Positions 1 through 17,025 of a stretch of DNA of 64,000 nucleotides are shown piece after piece. The notes beneath the pieces were generated by a model, which was not told the origin of the DNA, did no database searches, and was given only the letters and a program-made list of their open reading frames with translations. The stretch lies in the NCBI RefSeq assembly GCF_009914755.1, contig NC_060930.1; one strand, 5' to 3'. Origin of the DNA: the human T2T-CHM13v2.0 reference genome, Homo sapiens. Positions within the stretch are counted from its first letter, which is position 1. Every line of letters begins with the position of its first letter. Both the position numbers and the translations under genes were made by a program.

Positions 1-344
1 CAGGAAACTCCTCACGTGTCTTTGCTGGCACAAGTCTGCACAGGTAGGTTTTGCCTTCCTTGCCCTGCCAGTGCATGGGAGTGTAGTCTGCCCCCCTGCC
101 CCGTCTGGCTGTCATTGAAGACAGAGCCTTGGTGGGCACAGAGCAAGCCAGCTCCCCCGCAACGCCCACCTCAACACCTGGCCCTTGTGCTAACACTGTG
201 CAGAGAACAGTGGACCCTGCTCGCACCCTGAGTGATCACTCCTGCTTGTGGGGCACAGAGAAGGTGTCCAGACCTGCTCACGCCAGTGCCCTGCCCCCAA
301 GCCAACACCACATCCAACAGGAGCCTGCACCCAGTCTTCAGCAT

Positions 345-2075
345 AGAGGTGAAAGATCTCTACGAGGAGAACTATGAAACACTGCTCAAAATAATCAAAT
401 ATGATACAAGCAAATGGAAGAGCATGCAATGCTCATGGATAGGAAGAATCAATATCATAAAAATGGCCATACTGCCCAAAGCAATTTATAGATTCAATGC
501 TATTCCTATTAAACTACCATTGATATTCTTCACAAAACTAGAGAAAACTATTTTAAAGTTCATATGGAACCAAAAAAGAGCCTGAATAGCCAAGGAAATC
601 CTAAGCAAAAAGAACAAAGCTGGAAGCATCATGCTACCCAACTTCAAACTATACTACAGGACTACAGTAACCAAAACAGCGTGGTACTGGTACAAAAACA
701 GACACATAGACCAATGAAACAGAATAGAGAACCCAGAAATGGTTCTCTATTTCACACACCTACAACTATCTGATCTTCGACAAACCTGATAAAAACAAGC
801 AATAGGGAAATGATTCTGTATTCATTAAATGATGCTGGAATAACTGGCTAGCCATATGCTGAAGATTAAAACTGGACCCCTTCCTTATACTGTACACAAA
901 AATCAACTCAAAATGGATGAAAGACTTAAATGTAAAACCCAAAACTATAACAACAATAGAAGACAACCTAGGCAATACCATCTTGGATATAGGAACAGGC
1001 AAAAATTTCATGACAAAGACACCAAAAGCAATTGAAACAAAAGCAAAAATTGAAAAGTGGGTTCTAAATAAAACTAAAGAGCTCCTGCACAGCAAAGAAA
1101 ATACAAACAGAGTGAACAGACAACCTACAGAATGACAGTATCTGCAAACTATACATCCAACAAAGATCTAATATTCAGCATCTATAAGAAACTTAAACAA
1201 ATTTCCAAAAACAACCCCATTAAAAAGTGGGCAAAGCATATGAACAGACACTTTTCAAAAGAAGACATACATGCAGCCAACAAACATGAAAAAGGCTCAA
1301 CACCACCAATCATTAGAGAAATGCAAATCAAAACCACAATGAGATACCATCTCACACTAGTCAGAATGGCTGATGGCTGTTATTAAAAAGTCAAAAAATA
1401 ACAGATGCTGGCAAGGTTGTGGAGAAAAGGCAATGCTTATGCACTGTTGGTGGGAGTATAAATTAGTTCAATCATTGTGGTTGACAGTGTGGTGATTCCT
1501 CAAAGATCTGAAAACAGAAATATAATTCTACCTAGCAATGCTACTACTGGGTATATACCCAAAGAAAAATAAATTGTTCAATTATAAAGACACCTGCACT
1601 TGTATGTTCATTGCAGCACTATTTATAATAGCAAAGACATATCAATCTAAATACCCATCAATGATAGACTGGATAAAGAAAATGTGGTGCATATACACCA
1701 TGGAATACTATGGTATTTCACAGCCATAAAAAAAAATGAGATCATTTTTTTCCATCCACATCCTTTTCAGGTACGTGGATGGAACTGGAGGCCAATACCC
1801 TTAGCAAACAAAGGCAGGAACAGAAAACCAAATACTGCATGTTCTTACTTATAAGTGATGGGAACACATGGACACATGTGAAGGAACAACATTTACTGGG
1901 GCCTGTCGAAGTGTAGGGGATAGGAGGAGGGAGAGCATCAGGAATAATAGCTAATGGGTACTAGGTTTAATACTTGAGTGACTAAACAATCTATACAATA
2001 AATCCCCATAACACAAGTTTACCAATGTAACAAACCTACACATGTACCCCGGACTTAAAATAAAAGTTATAAAAA
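345..2075 (+). mobile_element. L1 (L1PA13-16/L1PB-like): decayed ORF2 3' part and 3'UTR
   Basis: ORF2 peptides [28 protein letters not shown] and YTMEYY; 3'UTR ending ttaaaataaaagtt. Confidence 0.9.
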
Positions 2076-3016
2076 GACATATAAATGGCAAACATGCATA
2101 TGAAAATGTGCTCAACATTGATCATCAGATAAATACAAGTCAAAACTATAATCAGATATCATGTCACCCCAGTTAAAATGGCCTATATCTAAAAGACAGG
2201 CAATAAAAAATGCTGGTGGTGACGTAGAGAAAAGGGAACCCTTGTATACTGTTGATGGGAATGTAAATTAGTGCAAACAGTGTGGAGAACAGATTGCAGT
2301 TTCCTCAAAAATCTAGAAATTGAGTTACCATATGATCCAGCAATCCCACTTTTGCTGGATATATATATGCAAAAGAAAGGAAATCAGTATATTGAGATAT
2401 TTGCATGCCTATGTTTGTTGCAGCACTGTTTACAATAGCTAAGATTTGAGAGCAACCTAAGTGTCCATCAACAGATGAATGGATAAAGAAAATATGGTAC
2501 AGATACATGAGGGAATACTATTTAGCCATAAAAAAGAATGAGATCCAGTTGTTTGAAACAACATGAATGAAACTGGAGATCATTATATTATATGAAATAA
2601 GTCAGGCACAGAAAGACAAACATTGCATGTTTTCATTTATTTGTGGGATCTAAAAATCAAAACAATTGAACTAATGAACATAGAGAGTAGAAGAATGGCT
2701 AGCAGAGGCTGGGAATGGTAGTGGGGGGCTGGCGGGGAGGTGGAGATGGTTAATGGGTACAAAAAATAGAAAGAATGAATAAGACCTACTATATGATAGC
2801 ATAATAGGGTAACTATAGTCAATAATAACTTAATTGTATGTTTTAAAATAGCTTAAAGAGTGTAATTGGATGATTTGTAACTCAATAGATAAATGCTTAA
2901 GGGGATGGATAACCCATTCTCCATTCTGCACTTAGTTACCATTGAATGCCTGTACCAAAACATCTCATGTACCTCATCAATATATACACCTACTATGTAC
3001 CCATAAAAATTAAAAA
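2076..3016 (+). mobile_element. L1MA2/3-like 3' fragment
   Basis: ORF2 end plus L1MA-type 3'UTR (ggatctaaaaatcaaaacaattgaac...tgtacccataaaaattaaaaat). Confidence 0.85.
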
Positions 3017-5217
3017 TCAGGTGAGCGCCTTCTATGTGTCAAGAACAGTCACAGGTGCTGGTGAGGGCAGGGAGGGAAGACAAATAGATAAATATGTGTG
3101 TCGATTTTTTTTTTCTTTTTAGTGCTTTGGGTAAAGTAAATTGTTTTCATTTGTCTGAGAAGATTGACAAAGAAAGAGAGAAAAATAAACACACTTTTCT
3201 AATAGGAAGAGAACACTAAATATGACAATGAAGCTTTCCCATGGAGCCTGGACATGGCCTCAGAACATTCTCAACACAGAGCTCAGGAGAGCCACTAGCA
3301 GTCATTTCCACTTGCATGGAGTGGAGACCTATTCCTTATCCCATCCCCATCCCTAACTGATGTTCTGCTCCTCCTTTCTGTTAACTTGTGGGTTGTGGTC
3401 TATTATTCTTGCTTTTGTATCCCAACATTCTCTCATGGATGATCATTTTAAATTATGTTTTGTAATTTTGAATTGCGAACTCATCTTAGACTTCATCTGT
3501 AGAAATCCTCTACAACCTGACTTGGAACTATGCCCCTCTGAAGAGGTTTCCAGTTTGCTTCAGTCAGATACCCGAGATATTTGTATATTGGGACTAACTA
3601 TTAATCTCCTGGCTTGGGGGTTCTCAGACCATATAGGTAGTACTGTTTCAAACCTCAAGGAGTTTTATGGGAAGACTCACAGATATAAATGGTGAGGAAA
3701 ATTGTTTTCCTATCCAAACAGATCAAACTGTTTCTCCTTGTGCTAGTGAGTGGATTTTTTCTAACCCACCCCTTCAATGAAGTTTTGGTTCAGTAAGTGT
3801 TCTGGCTTTATTGGGGGATGGTCATGGGGTGATGGTTGTAGTTTCAGCTTCATCAGCTGGGTTCAGCGTTTTACATTCTGTGCTCATATGGGTGCTAAAA
3901 CTGCAGACTTTTGGTTACTGGGACTGGAAACTCTCCTCCCTTCCAAGGTGGCCTCCGTGTTATTTGGCACTCATAGTTTTAAATTTATTATTATTTGAAG
4001 GCCCTGTAGAATTCCTCTTTTTTCTTGAGAGCTCAACAATGCATTTAAAATAATGTTGGCTATATTTTACCCACAATTTCTAGGTTTGTAGTGGGAGAAT
4101 GTTCAGTTTATCTACAGCTCAGAAACATAAATCCATCTAGCAAATTCTTAACACCTGAGGTTATTCATTCAAGTAGTCCTTAGCACCCATAGATATATTT
4201 AACAACAGAGTAGGACCAGTGACAGCTGCTCCTTCTCTCATTATTGGAGCCCTTTACAGATCTAGATACAGAAGACTGAGTCCTGCTTGACTCTCCCACA
4301 GCAGAAACAAATATTATATTACACACATGACCCATATTACTGATTTTTAATATACAAATCTGGTCACAATTTTTCTGTGTAATTTAAAAAAATCCAGATG
4401 CCTGGATTTTATTCTTTATGCAAGAATCCAGTGTCTCTCTTTTGAGGTCTTACTTTCTCCCCCAAATTATTGAAGAATTCCTCAGGATTATTCAATATAA
4501 AGGGAGTTGGTCCTCTTCCAAGCCCCAGACAGAGAGCATTGGAGTCAGCTGTCCCTCAGTGCAGCTATCTAAGTCATTGCCACAAGGTGTCGCTGTTGGA
4601 CATGGGTCTTGCTAGGTTCAGAGGCCAGTTTGCAACTGCAATTTCATCCGTGCTGGTACTCTCATTTGTAAAATAAGGTTACAGTCTTCAGTTCACTCCA
4701 GGTTTTTAGCAATTGTATTCTGAAGCTATGGGAGAGTAGCTGGTCCTGAGGGCCTTTTTAGCCTTAGCTAATGGTGTGCCAAACCACTTCTTTCTCACTT
4801 AGGTTTTCCTGCTCTCTTGCATTGCATTAGTGTTTAGACTGCATATAAAGAATATTATGCTTCCACATTATTTTGATTTCTCACTTAATACTGATAAAGT
4901 ATTAACTCTCATGGATACAGTGCCCTGCTATCTCATAATTTTTTGATCCTCAAAACTCACTCTGTGCAGGCAGCACCGAACCCCAGAGAGAGGCAATGAC
5001 CTTCCCAGGGGATTTCTACAAATTAATAGAAAAACTGGAACTCCACTGCCCACTGCAGCACCACCATGTCTTTCGGACAGTACCTCTTGCCACATGGTAA
5101 GCAGTTTGAGGTAAAAATCAAATATCTTCTATACAGCTGCACATACCCTTGCTCCTCTAAGTGGAATTCACCTCACTCATGGTCTGCTCTGAATCCTAGC
5201 AGTTGCAAACACAACAC

Positions 5218-5398
5218 CAGTGGTTCTCAAATGTAGTGCTGGGACCAGGAGTATCAGCATCACCAGGAAATTTGTTAGAAATGCAAATTTTCAGATCCCA
5301 CCTCAGACCTACAGAGTCAAAAACTCTGAGGATGGAGACCACCAATCTTTGTTTTAACAAATCCTATGCCAAGGATTCTGATGACTTGGGAAGCCCTG
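5218..5398. mobile_element. MER5A-like hAT-Charlie DNA transposon fossil
   Basis: cagtggttctcaaa...ttgttagaaatgcaaatt...tgggaagccctg. Confidence 0.8.
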
Positions 5399-5538
5399 TC
5401 ATAAAACAATATTTCATCTATTAGGTGCTCCAGATACAGTGCTTATGGATATAAAGTTTTAAAGGCCTACAAAAATGTTTGTAAAGTTTTGTCTCCAAAT
5501 CACAAAAGAAAATTACTAAAGTGTAAATCAAGACTAAT

Positions 5539-5845
5539 GGACTGACAACAGTGGCTCGCATCTATAATCCCAGCACTTTGGGAGGCTGAGGCTTGAGGAT
5601 TGCTTGAGGCCAGGAGTTTGAGACCAGTCCAGGGCAACATAGCAAGACCCTGTCTCAACCAAAAAAAAAAAAAAAAATTAGCCAGGCATGATGGTATGTG
5701 ACTGTAGTCCTAGCTAGTTCAGAGGCTGAGGCAGGAGGATAGCTTAAGCCCAGAAATTTGGTGCTGTGGTGACCTATGATCATGCTATTGCACTCCAGTC
5801 TGGGTGGCAGGATGAGACCTTTCTCCCTAAAACAAACAAAAAATA
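5539..5845 (+). mobile_element. AluJ-like
   Basis: Dimeric Alu, highly diverged, with A-rich linker and tail. Confidence 0.85.
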
Positions 5846-6459
5846 AATATTTTATTAACTATCTAAACCATAACAGAATAATATGTCAAATTATTCAGCT
5901 AATCTGAATTCTTAGAATTATCTATGTATATAATATGTTTAAAGCCTCCAAAAGGGACTTGTTTTGTCATTTGGTTCTTAAATGTAGAGATTCAACTACT
6001 CATATGGCATCTCTGCAGCTGAAGGTTAAAAATCTGGGAATGACAGTTGTCAATTTCTAGAGACGTCTTCAGATGGCCACACGATGTCAGTGTAATACAA
6101 AAGAAAGAGCAAATGACTCTATTGCAGTGGACTTCCATTGCAATGTCTTTTGAAACAAAATCATTAGGGGCAAGCGAAATGAGGGGGAAAAAAACCCAAA
6201 CTGTATATAATCCTATTAGTCTTTTATGGCAGGGTGTCATGTTTTATTTTTATTTTCTTCCTATCTCTGCTCTTTTACCTGTGTGTTCTCCAGTGTAGCT
6301 GGGTTAGATGTTTAAGTAACATAAAGGGGAAAAGAAAAGAGAAAGAATTTTACTTAGCACTTATATATGAGCTACTATGTACCTAGCACAAAATAAATGC
6401 TTCAAAGGATCCAATGAATGAAATACTAAATGTTGATATTTACGTTGACATACAGTGCA

Positions 6460-6570
6460 TTTATTACTGCTTCCTTTTAAGATGGGGAAAGGTTTAGGAA
6501 GGTTAAATTACATTCTAAGATCACACAACTGGTAAATGTGAATCCAGGATTTAAATGCAGGTTGTTGAAA
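6460..6570 (-). mobile_element. MIR fragment
   Basis: Resembles the MIR core (gatggggaaa...aggttaa...aagatcacacaactggtaaatg). Confidence 0.55.
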
Positions 6571-7437
6571 CACTAGAAACCTCTAATTTTTTCCCAAAAC
6601 CATGTTGCATCTCTGAGAAGTAGTGTTGATGATGAATATTGTCTCTAGACAATTTTTAGTGTGCAAGGAGTATTGGTGCCATTAACTATTCCTTTGGGAT
6701 CTGAAAACTTGTGAAATAATTTAGCCTTTTTGTGCCAGTATATTCAATATATCAAATACAGTATATTTCCATCTAAGAATAATTATTCTTTAAGTATGAG
6801 GAGTACAGATTTGCTATAGTTGAGCTGAAATTCAAAAGTTGACATTTAAGGAAAAATTTTCTTATTAGAGAATCTATTTTGAGACTTTATTACTCCCTGT
6901 TCTCTTACAAGACTTTAAGTACAGCAAGTCTCATCAATCTGTTTTGTATTGGTTGCTTAGAGGCAGTCTGTGGGTGCTGTATGGTTTGTCAACTATATAG
7001 TCACCTCCTAAAAATGGTATTATTGCTTGAGCATAAGCCTGAATGACAGAATAGCCCACAAAAGCTATTGACAGATGATTGTCTCTTATTGTTACTACAA
7101 CTAGGGCAGATGTAATATGAAAAGTTTAGCTCTTAAATACTCCTTTCATCCAAGTCTGTACTTAGATTCTTGGAAACACATCTCATTGCATGGTCCAGGG
7201 CTCCCCTACCTGCTACCTCTCTGCTCTGCCCTCAGTATTTTAGGAGGTGTTCTAATTAAGGAATGGAGGTCCAACACAAATAATTTGCTCAGCAGTAAGT
7301 TCATGCTGGCAAATAAGGATCTCTCATTCATTTTAGTCTTTGCAAGGTTGTAGATGATTATCTATTGCTATGGCAAGATGTTCTTGACATATTGAGAAGT
7401 GGAAAAAATGGTTATCAAATAGTTTGTACAGTATTTA

Positions 7438-7835
<398 letters not shown>

Positions 7836-7879
7836 GAAATACATGAGTCATATATATAATTGAAAATTTTTCAGGAGTC

Positions 7880-8457
7880 CCATTTAAAAAAATAAAAAGA
7901 AACAGGTAAAATTAGTTTCAATGATACATTAATATATTCTTAAATATATTACTTTATACATTTATATAGTTATATATTTTACATAAAATATACAAATATT
8001 TAGTATATTTATATTTAAATATATTAAATTAATCTATTAATATATTTAGTACTATATTAATAATATGTTAATGCCACATAGTAAAAGTGATATATTTTAT
8101 TTAAGCCCGATACAATGTTGTTATTTCAATGTATAATCATTATAAAATTGATATATTTTACACTTTTTTATACTTAGTCTTTGAAAGCACATCTCAACTT
8201 GGACACTAAATTTCCATTGAAAATATCTGATTTGTGTAGAGATTTTATAAAATTTATGACTGAAAACAGAGTCATATACTTGAATTATTCTAGTCATACA
8301 TTAAACTTTTTCAATAACTGAACAGAATATTGCTTTTTAAAGTTAAATAAATTCAAATTAAATAAAGTTTAAAAGTTAGTTCCTTAGTTGCACTAGACAC
8401 ATTTCAAACGCTCAGTAGCAATGTGTGGCTAGTGGCGACGGCTCTGCATAGTGCAGT
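7880..8457. mobile_element. MER33/MER3 (Charlie1-family) DNA transposon fossil
   Basis: gttgcactagacacatttcaaacgctcagtagcaatgtgtggctagtggc terminal motif and AT-rich interior. Confidence 0.65.
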
Positions 8458-8545
8458 GGTAAAGGATTTCCGTAGCACCTCAAATTGCATTTTCACGTAT
8501 AGACCTAGAGGATGGCTTTTCCGGTTCCTGCCAGCTTGTCCTGCT

Positions 8546-9161
<616 letters not shown>

Positions 9162-9634
9162 CCTATAACACTATGTCAGCTGTATTAATTGTAAAATTTA
9201 GGATGCATACTAATTTCATTACATTCGAAAATAATTTTGGAAGTTGGGATTTCTTACTTTGAAAGAATTCTGAAGTATACATGGTGATGATAGCTAACAA
9301 ATCATAGCGAATCATAAGTCAAATGCCACTTGGAGGCAAATAATTTCAAAAGCAAAATTATAAACATCCTTTCAAAAAAATTACAGTCCTGAATTATATT
9401 TAATGTGGGATAGGGTTTTGTTTTGATTTTTTAATATGCTGTAGAGAGGAACTTCCATAGTAAGAATTCTCAGAGCTTATTAAGGCCGTAAAATGACACT
9501 GAAAACCCCTTTCCACCCAGACGATACCTGGCCTTTCCATTTCCCAGACAGGACAATTGCACATTGTAGCTAGCATGGTGTGTCAAAAAGAGTCAGCGGA
9601 ACATATGAATTTCTAGCAGTAAGAATTTTGGCAG

Positions 9635-9925
<291 letters not shown>

Positions 9926-10152
9926 AAGAATTTTGGCAGCTTCATTAGCCTTTCCATTCTTTCATTTATTTGAATATGCAGATATTCCTGGGAGGATTAC
10001 AGATGATGCTACCTAGTGGGTTGGTCATATAGTCTGGAAAAAAGAGAACATGGGTTAGGTCTTTGTACACGGTGGAAGAATAGGCTGTTCAATTCTACAT
10101 AAGAGTAGAATTGAACATAGGATCAAATACTTATCCTTATAAAATTTGGTGT

Positions 10153-10284
10153 GGCCAGGAGCAGTGGCTCACCCTTGTAATCCAGCAATCTGGGAGGCCA
10201 AGGCAGGAAGATTACTTGAGCCCAGGTGTTTGAGATCAGCCTGGGCAGCATAGCAAAACACTGTGTCAATTTAAAATTTAAAAA
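10153..10284 (+). mobile_element. FLAM (free left Alu monomer)
   Basis: Single left monomer with A-rich tail and degenerate TSD at(a/g)aaatttggt. Confidence 0.8.
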
Positions 10285-10348
10285 GATGAAATTTGGTATA
10301 GTCTCTTGGGGGAAGGATACACTTAAGGTGGTTGTACAAATTTGATCT

Positions 10349-10782
10349 TGTGGTAGATTGCATTGCTGTTCCAAGGATTCATTCTCGGCCCAGTGAGATA
10401 ATCATGCATTTTCACCCCTTGCCATGTTCCTTGTAGAGCACCCCCCTTTGGCAGCATACACTTCCTGCACCAGGTCAGGTTGGCCGTGTAACTTGCTTCA
10501 GCCATTGGAAGTGTATAATGCCACAGCCAAGCAGCAGCTTGAAGGGGAGTTGTGTGATTTGGCTCTGCCTCTTACTTTCTTCCCTCTGCCTCAAGAATGA
10601 TGATATGTCCCCAGTAGGGGCTACTCTTTTAGCTTGGTTCCTGGAATGAGAAGGTGCAAAGAGCAAAGCCACAGCAACAGAAGTACAACTGCCAACATGT
10701 AATTGTGCAAAAAAATAAACATTTGTTGTTACAAGCCACTGTGATTTGGGGGCTGTTTGTTTCTACAGGAACACTGATTAAT
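10349..10782 (+). mobile_element. MLT1J-like MaLR solo LTR
   Basis: tgtggtagattgcatt...aataaacatttgttgttacaagccactgtgatttggggg. Confidence 0.7.
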
Positions 10783-11580
10783 AGAGTTGTTCAGGAGGAA
10801 AGCTCCCTAGTAATTCTTCTGTTGATTCAATTTGAAAAATGGGGCTTTTTGCATTAATCCGTTAAAAAAAACAAAAACCAAAACCAGTATGTTCCACTCT
10901 CCTAGAATAGTGTTGTGCATACCTTACAGTAACTAGCACTTTAACAGAATTAGAGAGTTAACATAAAGTTAATCCTTGTACGATGTCACAAGTTTCCATG
11001 TCAGAATGCTGGGAGTGAAGTTATAGAGGTATTTGAGTGTCCAATAATGTTACTTATTAGTCCCTAATGACACCTCCTGGGATTTACTGAGGTAGGCAAT
11101 TTGCATTTTTCAATTACAAGTGTGAAATATTCTTGTTGCCAATTTTGCTAGTGTTAGGAATTCTTTGCAAGGTACTTTCTGCACTTGATGGAAAATCAGC
11201 ATTAAATAAATCAATTCAGTTCCCAACGGCTTCATTTAACACACTGCTTATTTCCATATGGTGTGAATCTGTTCTTTCTTCTCTGAGCTTAAATGAAGTA
11301 ACTTGACTCAGAAGAACATAACCTTTTATTAGTTATAGAAAAGTAGAAACTGCTTAGATTTTGTTGTTGCTGTTGTTGTTTCTGGTTTGATTGACTGATT
11401 GATTGATTGATTGAATGCTACTTTTAAGTGTTCTTAGCGCAACCGTCTGACCAGGCAATGAACCTTTAAACAGAGAGAGTGTCTTTCTTTGGAAGCTCGG
11501 GATTATTGCACTATTCTGAACATTTCCATATTATCCCATGTGGAGGAGGCATAAAGTAATTTCAATAAACAACCAGAACA

Positions 11581-11910
<330 letters not shown>

Positions 11911-12397
11911 TCAAATCTCACTTTTGGTGTTGGGAATGTTCTATATTTGTGCTGTCTAGTATGGAAGCCACTAGCCACATGTCACTACTGAGTGCTTGAA
12001 TTATTGCTACTGTGACAGAGAAGGATAAAGAAGCTGAAGACACATCACCAGGATTTAGTACTTTCTGTATCTCTGTATAACTCTTCTTTCTCCTTTGTGT
12101 TACCTTCAGCCTCAGATAAGCTGTTCCAAGGTGGCTATTGGCACTTCCAGAGCTAGATTTTTCTGGACTCAGAACCAGCACAAAAAGTTACAATCTTTGT
12201 CACAGAAGTCCCAATAAAACTCTTGAGCTTTCATGGTTTAGACAAGCAGAGGCTAACAGTTACCTCTGAACCTATCACTCATGACAGTGGGAGTCAATGT
12301 GCAGACTGATTTAGCCCAGGCAAGCCTGAGAGGCTATGAGTGGGGTCAGCTTTACCCAAAGTACATGGGCTGAAACTTGGGGGAATAATCCACCAGA

Positions 12398-12621
12398 GCA
12401 AAGATCAGCAATTTTTTTTCTTGAAAAGGGCCCCATAGTAAATATTTTTAGCCTTTGTGGGCTATACAGTCTGTCACTCAATTCTGCCACTGTAGCTCAA
12501 AAGCAGCCATGGATACTACATTTTTTTAAAAAAGGGCATGACCGTGTACCAAGAAAACTTTGTTTACAAAATCAGAGAGCAGGCCAGATTCAGATGACAG
12601 GCCAGAGTTTGCCAACCCCTG
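12398..12621. mobile_element. MER58A-like hAT DNA transposon
   Basis: aagggccccatagtaaatatttttagcctttgtggg...agtttgccaacccctg. Confidence 0.8.
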
Positions 12622-12959
12622 CACTAGAGCGAGATTAAGTACAGTTATCAGACTGGAAGTCAGGCTATAAAAATAAGCAACAGATGTCCACCACATGCAT
12701 AGAATAATATAGATATCCCTGCTTCTCTGGGTCTTTAGCTTTTCTCTCTCTTTGTAATAAGAGTCATAACAGATGACTTTAGGAGGCTCTTTTTCTTCCA
12801 AAGTTCTCCTGACCTCAAATTAAAATGGTCTACTGAGAGTCCAGGTGGTGGCTTTTGCAAATGCTTGGGATCCAGGAGGAAAGGTGACAGCCTTCATGGT
12901 AGCAAGCCTATAGACAGTAGCAGCCCCAGAATCAAATAATTTGCTTCTAGATATAACAC

Positions 12960-13735
<776 letters not shown>

Positions 13736-13788
13736 TTAACTGGAGCTGAAAGGAGGAGGAATAAAGTAACTTCAATAAACAACCAGAA

Positions 13789-13992
13789 CAGTGCTTTCAA
13801 ATGTCACTTTTGGTGATGATGGAAATGTTCTATATCTGTGCTGTCTAGTATGGAAGCCACTAGCCACATGTCACTACTGAGTGTTTGAAATATTGCTACT
13901 GTGACAGAGAGGCTGACTTTTACACTGTACTTAATTTTAATTCATTTAAATGTAATAGCCACATTTGTCTATCAGCTACTATGGACAGCAAA
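13789..13992. mobile_element. MER3-like hAT DNA transposon
   Basis: gatgatggaaatgttctatatctgtgctgtctagtatggaagccactagccacatg...tactatggacagca. Confidence 0.8.
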
Positions 13993-15544
13993 AAACTAGA
14001 ATATGGGCAAAACTGATATAAATGATAAAATAAAGTTATGAACAGTATTTGTTAGGGCATCTGAAAGGAAAGAGGGCTGCTAGGAGGTTATGGGATTCAG
14101 GGTAGTATTAAAAAATCATTCAAAAAGTGACTTCTGGGAAGGGCTTTAAATGATGAGTGAAGTTGACTTAGATATAAATATATATGTGCTTATATATATA
14201 CATATACACACATGCATTATGAGAAGATCAAGGGAAGAATTTTTCAGGCAGAGAGACTAGATTAAGTGAAGTTACATGTGGAAACTATTTAGGAAATATG
14301 AGTAAGTCCAGCTTGGTTTTTGCATAAAAGGTATGTCCAAGAGTAATTTGAGATTCTTGTCGTTCCTTCGAGGCTATTTTGCAGAAAATCTTCGATACCA
14401 TACAGAAAAGTCGGTATTTATCTTGATAATAGTTAAGAAGCCATTTAATTTTTTTTTTGAGCAACAAACTTATGGGACCAGAGATATTAATCAGGCATCA
14501 GTAATTAAGAAGGAGAATGAGGGTGGAACAGGAAAACTAATGAGCCGACTCATACACACATTGCCGTCAAAAATAGTGAGGGCTGTAATGAGAATTATGG
14601 AGATGGAAAGTTGGAGGTGATTTAGATTTTCTGAGTTTGGAGTTATGTGAATATGTGAATAGAGATTGGCAATTGCTTCTTGTCTAGACATTTCTGAAGA
14701 TAGGATGGCCTGCAGTGGTAACTTCCACCATCAGGGCAAGAAGGGACCTCATGCCTGGGAATAAGATGGGGAAAGCCCAACTCAGTCTCACTTTCAGGAA
14801 GCTCTCTGAGAAAAAAGGAAAGAAGACTTCGGTATCCACTGCTAACTGAAGCATATGAGGGGTTAGAAGAAGGGCAGGAGTGATAGGACTAGCCAGTGAT
14901 CAGCCCCCCTTAGGAAACCACACTTGGCTGTCTGGATAGATTGTGGGGCTAAAGAGAGGCATGACTGTCCCTGTGGGAAGGGTTTCCCAATTATTGAAGA
15001 GGCAGGAAGAAAGTTGATCACCAACCCAAGGAAACTAGGCCCAACATTTTCACAGTCCCATTGGTAGGAGCCGTTAGCAGCAGCCGCATCAGCCCAAGTG
15101 AAACCAGGGATGCCTTCCTTCCCAGCTACATGTGACCGGATATGTAAGAGAAACCTGCTTCTGCATCCCTCCAGGAGCTCCCTTCAACCCTTAGGAACTA
15201 GATGTACAAGAGGAAGGAGGTGGGATATGAGATGAGGGTGTGTTCCTCCAGAGATGATTTGCATTTCCTCCCACCAGTTGCTTTGTTGGTACTACAGCCT
15301 GAGACTACTTGACTACTTTTTAACTAATAAACGCTATATTTTAGAGCAGTTATGTACGTTTATGTATATCTCTGTGTGTATACATATAAATATATATATA
15401 TATATATGCATGCTTATGTATAAGTGAAATGAATGACAACAATGATACAAGGGACAGGAGGGAGGAATTTGGATTACTTGTTATTGCAAAGTACTTGTAC
15501 TATCTATGAAGCTGTACAGTGTTATATGAAAGTGAACCTGGCTG

Positions 15545-15932
<388 letters not shown>

Positions 15933-16156
15933 CTAAGAAAGGAGAGAAAATGGAATCATGTAAAATGCTCAGTTAATGCCACAAAAGACAAAAGCCCTGT
16001 GGAACACAAGAAGAAACAAAGAACAAGAGCAACACATAGAAAACAGTAACAAATATGGTAGATGTTAAGCCAACTATATCAATAATCACTGTAGATGTCA
16101 GTGGTCTAAATATGCCAATTAAAAGACAGAGCTTGTCAGAGTATATTAAAAACACA

Positions 16157-16290
16157 CCAGCCGTGGTGGTGCACTTGTGTAACCCCAGCTACCTGGGATA
16201 CTGTGTGCGGAGGATATAAAGCCTAGGAGTTCATGACCAGCCTGTACAACATAGGGAGAACCTGTCTCAAAGAAAAACAAACAAACAAAA
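16157..16290 (+). mobile_element. FLAM_A/FAM-like Alu monomer
   Basis: Diverged single 7SL-derived monomer with (caaa)n tail. Confidence 0.65.
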
Positions 16291-17025
16291 AATCAAGACC
16301 CAACTAATTATTGTCTGTAAGAAACCCATGTTAAACAGATTAGACTCTGACAAAACACGCATAGGTTAAACTCTAGTAAAATACTTTCTCCCGAGGGTAG
16401 GCCCTGCTAAGAAGAGTACCCAGATGTATTTCAAAATGGTTACTTTCCTCCTCCCACTGCTGGAAGAGCAAGGAAATTTTTCTCCAATATTTTGGGAGAT
16501 AAAACTCCCCAAAACATGTGTGGGTGGAGGGACAGGGGGCCCATGACTGTATCTGGGACCACTTTTTATATAAACAAATCTCTAAATTGAAGTTCAAATA
16601 TTTGAGTGTTGGTGAAAAAGAAATGGAGTTATTCTGATACTTGTGACTCATTACTATTATATATATTTTTTGCTTAAATTGTCTCAGGTTTAATTATTGC
16701 GAGCTCCTTCAAGTTGTCTTTTCAGTATGAACCTAACATTTTTTTCAGCAATTTCTTACTTGCTGGTGCCACAAGTTTTTGCAGGTTTATCTTGCATTTT
16801 CTCTGCCTGAGCCATGAAATCAGCCATTTTTCCAAAAAGCCCTAGTTCCTTTTATTGGACATTATTAAAATTTGGGTTCTACATATGTTAATTGTTCTGG
16901 GGTGTCACAGCACCTAGGATGATGACAGCTCAGTTGACAGAAAATACACATACAGCTAAGTGCATATATAAACCCATTCTATATTTATGTCTGTGTATAT
17001 CTATACATGCATTAAAACCATGAGC

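Noticed and set aside
232-1729. ORFs with reverse-transcriptase-like and L1 ORF2 peptides
   Set aside because: They are fragmented by stops and frameshifts; this is a dead L1 fossil, not an active element or host gene.
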